Shown piece after piece: positions 9,337 through 19,415 of a stretch of 64,000 bases of DNA. Below the pieces are notes generated by a model. That model made no database searches, was not told where the DNA came from, and worked only from the letters and a program-made list of their open reading frames with translations. Positions within the stretch are counted from its first letter, which is position 1; each line of letters begins with the position of its first letter. Where the stretch lies: assembly GCA_965203355.1 (NCBI GenBank), contig OZ241889.1:2432001-2496000 (forward strand), given 5' to 3'. Made by a program: the position numbers and the translations under genes. This stretch comes from Candidatus Latescibacterota bacterium. Lineage in GTDB: Bacteria > Latescibacterota > UBA2968 > UBA8231.

Positions 9337-10848
9337 ATGGTTGCTAAACAGCGCGTGGCTTTGGGGGCGATTTTTACCGAGTGCAATCAATTCGGTGGCG
9401 AGCCGATTGAGCGGTCGTGGTTTGAACGCTATGAACTGCGGCGCGGGCGCGAGGTGCTGGCCGCTGAAGACGGAGTGGTCGGCGGTATGCTCAACGTGCT
9501 GGCGGTGCGCGAGGTGGAAGTCGCGCCGCTGTTGTTTGCTAGCACTTGCCCCGGCGGGCCGCTGACGCGGGCTTGTTACGACCCGCTCAAGGAAGAGCTT
9601 TTGGCGCGGCTCAACGAGGCACTTCCAGTAGATGGCGTCCTCATGCCGCTGCACGGGGCCGCGGCCGTGGAGGGCGGCGTTGATTTGGAAGGGGATTTGC
9701 TGGCTGCTGTCCGAGGTGTCGTCGGTGACGCCGTACCTATCGTCGCCACGCTCGATTTACACGCTCATATTTCCGCGCAGATGATGCACGCTGCCGACGG
9801 GTTGGTGGCTTGGGAGACTTATCCGCATCGCGATGCCTTTTCCACGGGTGAACGCGGGGCGCACCTGCTATGCGACACACTGGTCGGCGCGTGCAAACCC
9901 GCGATGGCCATGGCCAAGGTGCCGGTGCTCACCGGAGCCATTCACGGCTCGACCGAGGACGACGATCCCTTCGCGCAAGTAATGGCCATGGCCAAGGTTG
10001 GCGAGCAGTGCGACGGCATCCTCTCGGCGAGTGCGATCTTGGTACATCCCTATCTCGATTTTGCTGGTATGGGCAGCGGCGGGCTGGTGATTGCCGATGG
10101 CGATTTTGCCAAAGCCGAAGCACTCGCCCGGGCGCTGGCCACGGCGTATTGGCAGCGGCGCTTTGCCTTAGAGCCAACGCTGTACGCCCCAAAAGATGCC
10201 GTGTGCGCTGGTTTGGCCGTCGAGGGCGGTCCGGTGGTGCTGGTGGAAGCGGCGGATTGTTGCGGCGGGGGCGCGGCTGGCGATAGCGTGGCGGCACTGA
10301 CCGCGCTGTTGCAGGCCGAGTTGGACGGACCGGCGCTGGTGCCCTTGGTGGATGCCCGGGCGGCGGCGGCCTGTCACCAAGCTGGCATGGGGGCTGAATT
10401 GGAGTTGACGCTGGGGCACGGACACGACCCGCGTTGGGGGCAGCCGATCGCCGTGCGCGGCCGGGTGCTGCGCTTGAGCGATGGCCGCTTCCGCTACCGG
10501 GGCGGCATTTGGGAGGGAGTCGAAGGGCAAATGGGACCGGCCGCCGTGCTCGCGCTGGGACAAATTCAGGTGTTGTTGGCGTCGCATCCGACCTATGAAT
10601 GGGACCACGAGCAGTTTGCCGCGCTTGGGATGGACGCGGCGCAAGCGCGCTTTATCGTCGCCAAGAATCCCATGAACTACCGCTTCGCCTACGGAGCCAT
10701 AGCCCAGGCCGTTTTCGTGCTCGACACCCCGGGACCGACGCCCGCGACCGTGCGGCATTTGCCGTTTGTCCGGCGGGCGCGGCCCTTTTTTCCGTTGGAC
10801 CCGGATATGGTGCTGGAGGTGGAGGTGCTGTGTGCGGCTGCGCGTTAA
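9337..10848 (+). CDS. M81 family metallopeptidase (MlrC-like)
   Basis: ECNQF, LHGA, LDLHAH, TYPHRD, ADCCGGGAAGDS motifs. Confidence 0.9.
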   Translation: MVAKQRVALGAIFTECNQFGGEPIERSWFERYELRRGREVLAAEDGVVGGMLNVLAVREVEVAPLLFASTCPGGPLTRACYDPLKEELLARLNEALPVDGVLMPLHGAAAVEGGVDLEGDLLAAVRGVVGDAVPIVATLDLHAHISAQMMHAADGLVAWETYPHRDAFSTGERGAHLLCDTLVGACKPAMAMAKVPVLTGAIHGSTEDDDPFAQVMAMAKVGEQCDGILSASAILVHPYLDFAGMGSGGLVIADGDFAKAEALARALATAYWQRRFALEPTLYAPKDAVCAGLAVEGGPVVLVEAADCCGGGAAGDSVAALTALLQAELDGPALVPLVDARAAAACHQAGMGAELELTLGHGHDPRWGQPIAVRGRVLRLSDGRFRYRGGIWEGVEGQMGPAAVLALGQIQVLLASHPTYEWDHEQFAALGMDAAQARFIVAKNPMNYRFAYGAIAQAVFVLDTPGPTPATVRHLPFVRRARPFFPLDPDMVLEVEVLCAAAR

Positions 10849-10894
10849 AATGAATATTTGACCTCTCACTGGAAATGCAACGACAAAAGATCGC

Positions 10895-11497
10895 ATGATC
10901 AACATAAAAAACATGCTCGTGCCTACGGATTTATCCGACCATGCCGGCTATGCGCTGAGTTATGCTCGGGAACTCGCCTCGCTCTGCGGTGCCAGCCTAC
11001 ATCTTCTGTACGTGATAGAGCTGCACTGGTTTGACGAAGAGGCCGAGCTCCCCGAGGAGATTGCCCATGCCCTGCCCCAATATCAGCGGGACAAACAGCT
11101 CCGGTTAGACGCCGTGAAGATCGAGATTGAGGGCGAGGGCCTTGAGGTCAAAGTTAGGGTTGACGCTGGGGCACCCCACGCCGCGATCATTCGCTATGCC
11201 AGAGGCCACGACATTGACCTCATCGTCTTAGCTACGCACGGCCGGAGTGGACTCGCCCACGCCCTGAGCTGCAGCGTGGCCGAGAAGGTGGTCCAGATGG
11301 CTCCTTGCCCGGTGTTGACCGTCAAACATCCAGCGCGCATTCGCGCTGCCGTAGGCGGGATTCAGAGGGCCGAAATGCCTCCTACTGAACTTGGGGCCGA
11401 AACATCGGCGGGAGTGAGCGATCTCCGCCGATGCGGTATTCAAAGGAGCCGCGAGGATAGGCAAAGCCCAACTGATCGCTGTGGCCGAAAGCCTTGA
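10895..11497 (+). CDS. Universal stress protein (C-terminal read-through overlaps mscS)
   Basis: MLVPTDLS, DLIVLATHGRSGL, SVAEKVVQMAPCPVLTVK. Confidence 0.9.
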   Translation: MINIKNMLVPTDLSDHAGYALSYARELASLCGASLHLLYVIELHWFDEEAELPEEIAHALPQYQRDKQLRLDAVKIEIEGEGLEVKVRVDAGAPHAAIIRYARGHDIDLIVLATHGRSGLAHALSCSVAEKVVQMAPCPVLTVKHPARIRAAVGGIQRAEMPPTELGAETSAGVSDLRRCGIQRSREDRQSPTDRCGRKP

Positions 11498-12299
11498 CGA
11501 TCCTTCCCACAATATCGCTGGAAATGCGTTGTCGCTCGACTGCTATGGACTGATAACGCAGCCGCATCATGACCCCGGAATCGAAAAACTCTGCGCGGAT
11601 GAACGGCGTTTGGCCGGTCTCCTTGATGATTTCTCGAGTCACTTCAGCGGCGCAGTTGATGAGCGTCTGCTCGGCTAATTGATAGTCCGAGTCGTAGGAG
11701 ACCCGCACGGGTACTTCGTCGAGAATATACTTGGCTTCCTCGGAGACAGCGTAATTGGTGACCATCTGATCAAACAACACTGCATTGGGGATTAAAATGC
11801 CTCGGTTGGATGATTCTTCCCCGCCAATAGTCCCGCCTACTTCGCCCAACAGAATATGCGTCGGACTGATGTCGAGCACATCGCCCCGGACGCCCTGAAT
11901 GATGATCCGATCTCCGATCTGGAAAGGCTGCTTGATCATAACCATGAGCCAAGCGGCAACGCCAGTGACCGGACGTTGCAAAGACCAACCTAGTATCATG
12001 CTGAGAAAGGCCGCGGTCAATCCCATGGCGGCCAATGAGCCGGACAAGCTAACAATCACTAAGATGATGCCCGCCAGCATGAAGGCATACTTCAACAGCG
12101 ATTGAACCTGACGAATATCCGCATCCTCGCGTTTTTGGTGCTGCATGGCCTTTAGGGTGAGTCGTTTGGTAATTTTATAGGTGGCTATTATGGCGATTAA
12201 TACTAAAATGATCAGAAGAGTGTCTCTTGCTGTCCCGGGAACGTAGTAGTTGATCCACTGCTCCATAGTGCTCAGCCAAGTAGTGATTTTCTGTTGCAT
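11382..12299 (-). CDS. Small-conductance mechanosensitive channel (MscS family)
   Basis: Three N-terminal TM segments, PFQIGDRIIIQGVRGDV, ILIPNAVLF, FAYP; lower GC. Confidence 0.9.
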   Translation of the reverse strand: MQQKITTWLSTMEQWINYYVPGTARDTLLIILVLIAIIATYKITKRLTLKAMQHQKREDADIRQVQSLLKYAFMLAGIILVIVSLSGSLAAMGLTAAFLSMILGWSLQRPVTGVAAWLMVMIKQPFQIGDRIIIQGVRGDVLDISPTHILLGEVGGTIGGEESSNRGILIPNAVLFDQMVTNYAVSEEAKYILDEVPVRVSYDSDYQLAEQTLINCAAEVTREIIKETGQTPFIRAEFFDSGVMMRLRYQSIAVERQRISSDIVGRIVKAFGHSDQLGFAYPRGSFEYRIGGDRSLPPMFRPQVQ

Positions 12300-12702
12300 T
12301 AGTCAGCTCCCTTTGGAAAAGCAAAAGAAAAAACGCGATGTCGTCCGCCTACTGGTTGCTGAATGGAAGATCGCGCTTGTTGAACAAGTATGTAACCGAT
12401 GTGCAATAATATAAGCCTATGAGCCACTGCTACACCAACTCGAAGGTTGCGTACCAGCTACGCCTTTTCTTACTGGAAGCCGGAATGGCCCAACCACTTG
12501 CGGCATTGGGCTGCTTGCAAAGAAACTCTTTGTCGATGACGGCCCCGACCCATATCCGCCGGCTTTTGGCGCTAGCGGAAGCGGCTGGATTCCGCTGCCT
12601 GATCGGCCCCGACCAAGAACATGACCGGTTTGACCTTTTGCCGGTTGTGCCGCAGTATATCCTTTCGATAATACTTGAGTTACACACAAACAGGAGGGAA
12701 AA

Positions 12703-13695
12703 ATGAGCGAGGAAAACCGCGCGACTTGGGCTGATAATTGGCTCGGATACCGCGAAGAGATCAAGGTCGTCGATGTCACGATCCGTGATGGCGGCCTGAT
12801 GAACGATCACCAGTTTACCGACGACGTAGTCCAAGGCGTGTACGAGTCTTGCGTCGAGGCCGGGATTGACTACATGGAAATCGGCTATATCAACTCGCGG
12901 GAGCAGTTTCCGCCTAGCGAGTTTGGCCCGTGGAAGCACTGCCGCGAGGAGGATATCCGCCGCATCGTCGGCGACAACGACACCTCGCTAAAGTTGGCAG
13001 CCATGGCCGACGCCGAAAAAAGCGATTACAAGACGGACATCCTGCCCGCATCTGAAAGCGTGTTGGACCTGATCCGCGTGGCCACCTACATCCACCAGAT
13101 GCCGCTGGCGTTGGACATGGTCAAGGACGCCGCTGACAAGGGCTATGAGACGACCTTAAACTTAATGGCCGTTTCCACTGTGCCGGAGTCCGAGGTCAAG
13201 AGTGCGCTGGAGATGCTGATACGTTCAGACGTGGGGGCTGTGTACGTGGTGGATAGCTTTGGCTCGCTTTACAGCGAGCAGGTCCGCGCACTGTGCAACA
13301 TGTTTTTTGAATACTGCGAGGGCACCCCGATCGAGGTCGGGATCCACGCCCACAACAATCGGCAACTGGCCTTTGCCAATACCATCGAAGCCGTGACACT
13401 AGGGGCCAATTGTGCGGATGCGAGTTTCGCAGGGTTGGGCCGCGGCGCGGGCAACTGCCAGATGGAGCTTTTGTTGGGCTTTTTGCACAACCCCAAGTTT
13501 CGCTTGCGCCCCGTGCTCAAGTGCATTGAGGAGCACGTTGAGCCGCTGCGCTCTAAGTTGCTGTGGGGGTACGACTATCCCTACATGATCACCGGCCTGC
13601 TCAACGAGCATCCGCGCGCCGGCATGGCTTTTAACGCCTCTGAGGACCGGGGCAAAATCGTCCAGTTCTACGACCAGATGGAAGAGCAGGAGTGA
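12703..13695 (+). CDS. HMGL-like (DRE-TIM) aldolase, 4-hydroxy-2-oxovalerate aldolase-like
   Basis: DVTIRDGG, VDSFGS, GIHAHNN, GLGRGAGN; SD AGGAGG upstream. Confidence 0.88.
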   Translation: MSEENRATWADNWLGYREEIKVVDVTIRDGGLMNDHQFTDDVVQGVYESCVEAGIDYMEIGYINSREQFPPSEFGPWKHCREEDIRRIVGDNDTSLKLAAMADAEKSDYKTDILPASESVLDLIRVATYIHQMPLALDMVKDAADKGYETTLNLMAVSTVPESEVKSALEMLIRSDVGAVYVVDSFGSLYSEQVRALCNMFFEYCEGTPIEVGIHAHNNRQLAFANTIEAVTLGANCADASFAGLGRGAGNCQMELLLGFLHNPKFRLRPVLKCIEEHVEPLRSKLLWGYDYPYMITGLLNEHPRAGMAFNASEDRGKIVQFYDQMEEQE

Positions 13696-13701
13696 GCTTC
13701 T

Positions 13702-14304
13702 TCAATACCAGAGATAGCTGGCGTTGAAGGCGATGAGCAGGCCCGTTACCTCTGCTTCGACCGCTTGATCGTCAATGGTGGCTTCGGCGCTGGGCCGGCC
13801 CCAACCGACCGTGCCTTTGACTAGCCAGTGCTTGCGCATCTCGTAGCCGATGCTGCCGGCCAGCCCAAGGCCGTCGAGGACATTGTCGCCGCCGTCGTCA
13901 TAGCGGGCGGTGCCGAGGACGGCTTCGACGAAAGGCGATGGCGCTCGTTTTTTGAAGAAATAGGTCGCGCTAAAGCCGTCGATTTCAAAGCTGGTTTTAC
14001 CCTTTGCGATTGTCTTGCCGCGCAGCTTGATGTCTTCACTGTCGGTGTCGCTGCCTAAGTCCAAGACCCAGCCTAAGACGAATTGGTCGGTGAGGCCGTA
14101 GCCGAACTGGAGGGTGGTGCCGAATGCCGAGTCGCTGTCCTCCTGCCGAGAAAGCTTGCCGTCAATGAGCCACTCCTGCTCAATGAACTGATAGCCCGGC
14201 CCGAAGCCCAAACCAAGCGAAAAGCCCTCGCGTCTTGAATCAAAGGCGTAGGCGGCCAGCGGCAGCGTTAGCAAAAGGGTGAAAAGAGGCAAGGCGCGTT
14301 GCAT
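13702..14304 (-). CDS. Outer-membrane beta-barrel protein
   Basis: Signal peptide, amphipathic beta strands, C-terminal aromatic signature (FNASYLWY). Confidence 0.75.
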   Translation of the reverse strand: MQRALPLFTLLLTLPLAAYAFDSRREGFSLGLGFGPGYQFIEQEWLIDGKLSRQEDSDSAFGTTLQFGYGLTDQFVLGWVLDLGSDTDSEDIKLRGKTIAKGKTSFEIDGFSATYFFKKRAPSPFVEAVLGTARYDDGGDNVLDGLGLAGSIGYEMRKHWLVKGTVGWGRPSAEATIDDQAVEAEVTGLLIAFNASYLWY

Positions 14305-14457
14305 GGTGAAGCTCCCTTTAGGATTGTGGGATTAGATAGGGAACAAAGCGAGACTTAAACGGGCTGTCAAATGGACCAACGCCCCTAGCGAAGGGTTGGA
14401 ACGCGGGACGTTGGACCCACGGTCCGCAGTACCGCCGCCAGCGGATTTTTTTGTCGG

Positions 14458-15585
14458 CTAGTGCGCTGAAGTCTCAGGATCAAGCTCGGCAAAGACGGCG
14501 ATTAAGCGGGGGAAAAAGGCGGCGAAGGTCGGATAGCGGTCGCGCTGGGATTCGTATGCTTCGAGGCGGCGGGCCACGGCGTGGACATAGCGGAAGCCGC
14601 GCCCGGATTCTGCGCTCAGTGCCCGGCGGCCTGCTTCCGCGCCGAGATGACGGTGGGCAAGGCGCGCGGTGATGGCGCGGATGAGGTGTTCATTGGCGCA
14701 GTCGAACCAGTGCGTGTACCCGATGCTGGCCATCTGTTCGGCCAGCGGGGCGAATAGATCGGCATGGGGCTTCAGTATTGGATAGTACTCCTCGCTGAGG
14801 GGATTGACGAAGGCGTGGCTGAATTCGTGCCATATAATCTGCAAAAGCTGTTCGCGGGGGCCGTATTCGGGTAGGCCCTGCTGCGTGGCACCGGTGGGGC
14901 CGAGTAGCGTATAGACATCGTACGGCCCTTTAGCGGGGCCGATGTGAGGGCCAAATCCGCCGTGGTGCAAGAGCGGGCTGAGGACGAGGTGGTAGCCAAG
15001 TTGGCGGGTGCCGAAATAGGCTTCGACTTGGCCGGTGGGATCGGCATCGGCGAGTGCTTCGCGGAGCCGTGCTGCGAGGAGTCGGTAGAGCTTTTGGCTG
15101 CGAGAGAAGAAGCGGTTGAATTGGGTTTGGCGGGCAAAGCTGCGCAAGGTGTGGATAAAGCGCGCGAAGTTTTCCTCGCCGCGGAAAGCGCGATGGATAT
15201 GGGGGGGAATGGGTTGGGTTGGTGCTAGTTCGGGCGGATCGGACAGATAGAGCATGGCGGTTGGGTAGGCATCGGACCACCCGGTGTCCAAGCTGAGACT
15301 GCGAAAAAAGTCCACGGCCTGCTGGGGAGGATAGCGCGAAAAGTGAGCGACGAGATCGTCCGCGTATGCCACCCGGTAGGGCGTCAGATAGCGATACTGG
15401 CTGAGGAGTTGGACCGCGGCGAGCAGTTCAATGCGCGGGTCTGCACCGATGTGTAGGCGTTGCTCGGCGCGGATGTCGGACGCCATCAGCAGCGCAAGGA
15501 TAGCGCACACACGACAAAAGCCGACTCGCAAGGAGCCGGCTTTTATTGTTGCAGAGCGAATTTTCAACGATGTCAGGGAGACCAA
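14458..15585 (-). CDS. DUF4932-like secreted protein with HExxH motif (start uncertain)
   Basis: DPRIELLAAVQ, WHEFSHAFVNP, NEHLIRA, YESQRDRYPTF. Confidence 0.75.
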   Translation of the reverse strand: MVSLTSLKIRSATIKAGSLRVGFCRVCAILALLMASDIRAEQRLHIGADPRIELLAAVQLLSQYRYLTPYRVAYADDLVAHFSRYPPQQAVDFFRSLSLDTGWSDAYPTAMLYLSDPPELAPTQPIPPHIHRAFRGEENFARFIHTLRSFARQTQFNRFFSRSQKLYRLLAARLREALADADPTGQVEAYFGTRQLGYHLVLSPLLHHGGFGPHIGPAKGPYDVYTLLGPTGATQQGLPEYGPREQLLQIIWHEFSHAFVNPLSEEYYPILKPHADLFAPLAEQMASIGYTHWFDCANEHLIRAITARLAHRHLGAEAGRRALSAESGRGFRYVHAVARRLEAYESQRDRYPTFAAFFPRLIAVFAELDPETSAH

Positions 15586-15914
15586 GAGCCGCCGGGGGCC
15601 GCTTCGGCTTGGCTGGGGGCCAAGCGGGTGTCGTGTAGCGCTTCTTTGAGCTGTTTGCCCGGCTTGAAGTGAGTTTTGCGGCGGGCGGGCACGTACACGA
15701 CTTCGCCGGTGCGCGGATTGCGGGCGGCGGGCTTGGGCTTGGTGTCTTTGACTTCGAGGACGCCAAAGCCTCTGATTTCAATGCGGTTTCCCTCGATAAG
15801 GGTTTCGCGCATGGCCTCAAAGAGACTGTCGACCATTTGCAACGTCAGGTTGTTTTTGCAGCCGAGCGTGTCGGCTACCGATTTCGCTAGATCTTTCTTG
15901 GTTATGGTAGCCAC
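15573..15914 (-). CDS. HU/IHF family DNA-binding protein
   Basis: TKKDL...RIEIRGFG...ARNPRTGE...FKPGKQLK. Confidence 0.95.
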   Translation of the reverse strand: MATITKKDLAKSVADTLGCKNNLTLQMVDSLFEAMRETLIEGNRIEIRGFGVLEVKDTKPKPAARNPRTGEVVYVPARRKTHFKPGKQLKEALHDTRLAPSQAEAAPGGSWSP

Positions 15915-16026
15915 TAAAACCTCGCTAGCTGAGGAGTTAAATCGGTGCTGATTTTGTGCATAAGTGCTTGTATTATACGAAATTCTGAAACTTAGGCAAG
16001 GGAAAAGTAACAGCGAACTAAGCGCG

Positions 16027-17034
16027 TCACCGGGCTTGGAATTGAGGGTCGGAAAGGGTTTTCAAAAAGGCCACGAGGGCGCGTTTATCGGCTTCCGTCA
16101 GGTCGAGGTTGAGCCGGACGAGCAACAGGGGGTCGGTGAGAGCTGTGCGGTGAAAGCCAGAGTCGTAGTGCTCAATGACCTCCGCTAAGGTCTGAAAGCG
16201 GCCGTCGTGCATGTACGGTGCGGTGTACTCTACGTTGCGCAGGGTTGGCGTCTTGAACTTGCCGCGATCAAAGCGTTTCCCGGTGCGCTCGGCCAGCCCC
16301 TCATCCAGGGGAACTCGGTCCAGCCCGTTGTTGTGGAACTCGTTGTCGGTAAAAAGCGGCGCGACGTGACAGTGGAAGCAGTCGCCCTCCTCGGTGTGAA
16401 AGAGCAAGAAGCCCCGTTCTTCTGCTGGGGTAAGTTCCGCTTGGCCGGCCAACCAGCGGTCGTACTTGCTATCTGCCGAAACGAGCGTGCGCTCGAATTG
16501 GGCGATGGCTTGGGCGACGCGTTGGCGGTCAATGGGCGCGTCGCCAAATGCGCGGGCAAAGAGCGCGGGGTATTCGGGGTGGCGCTCCAGTTTGGCCACC
16601 ACGCGGTCCCAGTCCTCGCCCATTTCCACCGGCGTCTGCACGGGTTCAAGGGCTTGGCTCTCTAGGCTAGCGGTGCGCCCGTCCCAGAAGAAGGACGAAC
16701 TCCAGAGCAAGTTGAAAAGCGGCATGGAGTTACGGCTGGTGAGGCCGCCGACGCCTTGGCTAAAGGGCTGCGGATCGGAGAAAGCGTGGGCCGGCAGGTG
16801 GCACGAGATGCAGGCGATAGTGCTATCAACGGAGAGGATGGGATCGGCAAAAAGCCGCTCGCCCAGGGCGATGCCCTCAACGGTCAGGGGATTGTCTGGC
16901 GGGATTGCTGGCGCGGGAAATCCCGCCGGCACGACCAATTTGTAGAGGCTTGGGGTAGGCGGAGCGGCCGGGGGAACGCCCGCGTCTTGGCCGCAGGCGA
17001 CTAGCCCTAACAGGATCAGTGCCCCAAACTGCAT
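16027..17034 (-). CDS. Di-heme cytochrome c peroxidase family protein (MbnH/MauG-like), lipoprotein
   Basis: Two CxxCH motifs (CISCH, CFHCH), FFWDGR, FKTPTLRN, PYMHDG; lipobox LVAC. Confidence 0.92.
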   Translation of the reverse strand: MQFGALILLGLVACGQDAGVPPAAPPTPSLYKLVVPAGFPAPAIPPDNPLTVEGIALGERLFADPILSVDSTIACISCHLPAHAFSDPQPFSQGVGGLTSRNSMPLFNLLWSSSFFWDGRTASLESQALEPVQTPVEMGEDWDRVVAKLERHPEYPALFARAFGDAPIDRQRVAQAIAQFERTLVSADSKYDRWLAGQAELTPAEERGFLLFHTEEGDCFHCHVAPLFTDNEFHNNGLDRVPLDEGLAERTGKRFDRGKFKTPTLRNVEYTAPYMHDGRFQTLAEVIEHYDSGFHRTALTDPLLLVRLNLDLTEADKRALVAFLKTLSDPQFQAR

Positions 17035-17043
17035 GAGTTCGCC

Positions 17044-17781
17044 CTAGTCTTGAGCGACTTGCTCGGAGTGCCCGATTGGACCTAGGGAAAAGACGGTAGC
17101 ACCGTTGCCTTGCAAGATCAACTGCGCATCGGCGTTGCCCATGATTCCGCCGCGGCCGCTAAAGTCGTACCTCGATGGCGCGTCGTACCACTCGTTGAGA
17201 TCCATCACCACGGCGATTGCCCACTCGTCCCCGCTAACGGTTAGGGAAAGCGGCCGGGAGACGTCAAGCGAAAAGTCTGCCCCGCCCGCCGGGCCGGTAT
17301 GCGTGAGAAAAGCCTCTTCGCCGTCATCGGTGCGGAAGAGGCCCTCCATGCGCATGTAGTGGTAGCCGCCGCCCATGGGAGCGGGCCACGCCATGTTGTT
17401 GAAGTGATCGACGCTCGGCAGTGCGCCGGTCTCGTTCTTAGCGCCGTCGATGCCAAAGGTAAAGTGCAGGGCAGCGTATTGGCCGCCGGGCACTTGGGCT
17501 GCAACGCTTTGGGTCGCGCCCACAAAGGCATCGCGGTAGTGGAATTCGGCCAGTTCGACGCGCTTGCCGCCGGTCGTCTCCAAGGCGATATCCGAGACGA
17601 TGTACTCTAGGCGGGTGACGCCGTACTCATTGCCCGCGGCATTGGTGTAGCGGATCGCCTCGGGCTCGAGGTCGGCACCGGCGACCGTGTGGTTGAAGTA
17701 GATGGTCACCTCGCCTTGGTCGTCATCGGAGTTGCCGCAGGATAGCAAAAGGCAACAGGTGGCCAATATGAGGTATTGCAT
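17044..17781 (-). CDS. MbnP family copper-binding lipoprotein
   Basis: YTNAAGNEYGVTRLEYIVSDI, MAWP..GGYHYMRMEG, THTG; directly upstream of the MbnH-like gene. Confidence 0.75.
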   Translation of the reverse strand: MQYLILATCCLLLSCGNSDDDQGEVTIYFNHTVAGADLEPEAIRYTNAAGNEYGVTRLEYIVSDIALETTGGKRVELAEFHYRDAFVGATQSVAAQVPGGQYAALHFTFGIDGAKNETGALPSVDHFNNMAWPAPMGGGYHYMRMEGLFRTDDGEEAFLTHTGPAGGADFSLDVSRPLSLTVSGDEWAIAVVMDLNEWYDAPSRYDFSGRGGIMGNADAQLILQGNGATVFSLGPIGHSEQVAQD

Positions 17782-17963
17782 GGGATGTTCCTTGTGGCAA
17801 AATATACGGGCTTCAATTGGGAGGACAAACGCCGGCCGCTCGGCTAGATTGCCCAGCCTTTTTGCGTTTTGAGTGTGCTCACGCGCCCTCTACTCGGCTT
17901 GTTCGTCTTTTCTTAAGACGGTACATTACCAATGAAATGCGCCAATTTGTCGAGTCTGTCCAA

Positions 17964-19415
17964 ATGACCAAGGGCAAGGCCGCCCCCGGAGAGCGTCCGC
18001 GGACGCGGATCGGCTACAAGCTGATTTTGAGTTTCGTGCTGCTGGTTATGGTCGTTGTAGGGCTGTCGGGTTGGGTGCTCTTCGATCTGACGGACCGCAG
18101 CTTAGAACGGCAGATGAGCGACCATCTCGTATCGGTTGCTACGTTGGTGAGTGCGAATTTGTCCGGTGAGGTGCTGCTCCGCCTGCACCCGGGCCGCGAG
18201 CACCTCAATCTCTACCGGATCCTATTGAGCAAATTGCAGCGCGCCGAACAAGGAGTTGGCGCCCGGCACATCTTCGTTTTCGACCGCGAGTACCGCTCGC
18301 TGCTCGACACGGATGGGCTGATGCCCATTGGCCGCGAATACCCCAAACTGCTCTTTGACAGCCGAGAACTGGAGCGAGTCTGGCAGGGCCATACCGCGCA
18401 TTCGGTGCTTTTTTACGACGACGATATCCCGTACATGACCGGCTACGCCCCGATTTTTCACGACGGCGAGGTCGTCGCGGCTGTCGGAGTCGAAATCGGG
18501 GCTGGGTTTGTGGACTCCATCCGCATCTTTGGGCGGTCTGTGCTGATTTTTGCCGGGTTGGGTGCGTTGCTCACGGTCGGAGTGGCCTGGGTGTTGGCGC
18601 GGACCCTGACGCGGCCCATCCAAAAATTAGTCGAGGCCGCCCGCGAAATCGGCCGGGGCAACATGAACCAAGAGGTGGCCACCGTGTCCGACGACGAAAT
18701 CGGCTATTTGGGCGAGACCATGGAGGAGATGCGGCGCAAGCTAGTCGCCCGCGATGCCCAGCTGCGCCTCATGTTGGGCGGCGTTGCCCACGAAATTCGC
18801 AACCCACTGAGCAGCATTGAGTTGTATGCCGGCCTAATCGCCGGCGACTTGCCCGCTAGCGACGAGCGCAAGCAACACATTGAGAAAGTCACCGAGGAAG
18901 TGCGTCGGCTCAATGGCGTAATTTCCGAGTTCCTCGAATTCGCCTGCCCGGCACCGGCGCAGCCGCAGCCGACCGAGCTGGCCCCGTTAGTGGCCAACGC
19001 GGCCTTTTTGCTGGCTCCGGAAATGGAGGCTGCGGACATTAGCTACGAGGAGCGCGTCGCGCCGGATTTGGTGTGCTATATCGACGCCAAACAGATGGAA
19101 CGGGTGCTGTTCAACCTGATGAAGAACGCCGTGCAAGCCATGTGCGATGGTGGGCACTTGACGGTGCGCGCCGCGGTCGCAGGTGAGGAGGTCGTCGTCG
19201 AGGTGGCCGACGATGGCTCAGGTATGTCGGAGGAGGTGCAGACGCGCCTTTTTGATCCTTTCTTTACGACCAAAGAGCAAGGAGCGGGTTTGGGGATGGC
19301 GTTGGTGGCGCGGGTGGTTGAGGAAAATCGCGGCCGGATCGAAATAGACAGTCGGCAAGGCGAAGGTACGGTGTGCCGTTTGTGCCTGCCGCAGCCCAAA
19401 AATGGGGTACTATGA
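17964..19415 (+). CDS. Sensor histidine kinase (HAMP-HisKA-HATPase)
   Basis: Two TM segments, HAMP, AHEIRNPL, NLMKNA, DDGSG, FDPFFTTK, GAGLGM; start inferred. Confidence 0.93.
   Translation: MTKGKAAPGERPRTRIGYKLILSFVLLVMVVVGLSGWVLFDLTDRSLERQMSDHLVSVATLVSANLSGEVLLRLHPGREHLNLYRILLSKLQRAEQGVGARHIFVFDREYRSLLDTDGLMPIGREYPKLLFDSRELERVWQGHTAHSVLFYDDDIPYMTGYAPIFHDGEVVAAVGVEIGAGFVDSIRIFGRSVLIFAGLGALLTVGVAWVLARTLTRPIQKLVEAAREIGRGNMNQEVATVSDDEIGYLGETMEEMRRKLVARDAQLRLMLGGVAHEIRNPLSSIELYAGLIAGDLPASDERKQHIEKVTEEVRRLNGVISEFLEFACPAPAQPQPTELAPLVANAAFLLAPEMEAADISYEERVAPDLVCYIDAKQMERVLFNLMKNAVQAMCDGGHLTVRAAVAGEEVVVEVADDGSGMSEEVQTRLFDPFFTTKEQGAGLGMALVARVVEENRGRIEIDSRQGEGTVCRLCLPQPKNGVL

Noticed and set aside
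12419-12706. 95-aa ORF upstream of the aldolase
   Set aside because: No recognisable motif or clear SD; may be a gene remnant, but not supportable as a feature
16027-17781. Methanobactin biosynthetic cluster
   Set aside because: No MbnA precursor, MbnB/C or TonB receptor in the window; only the MbnP/H-like pair
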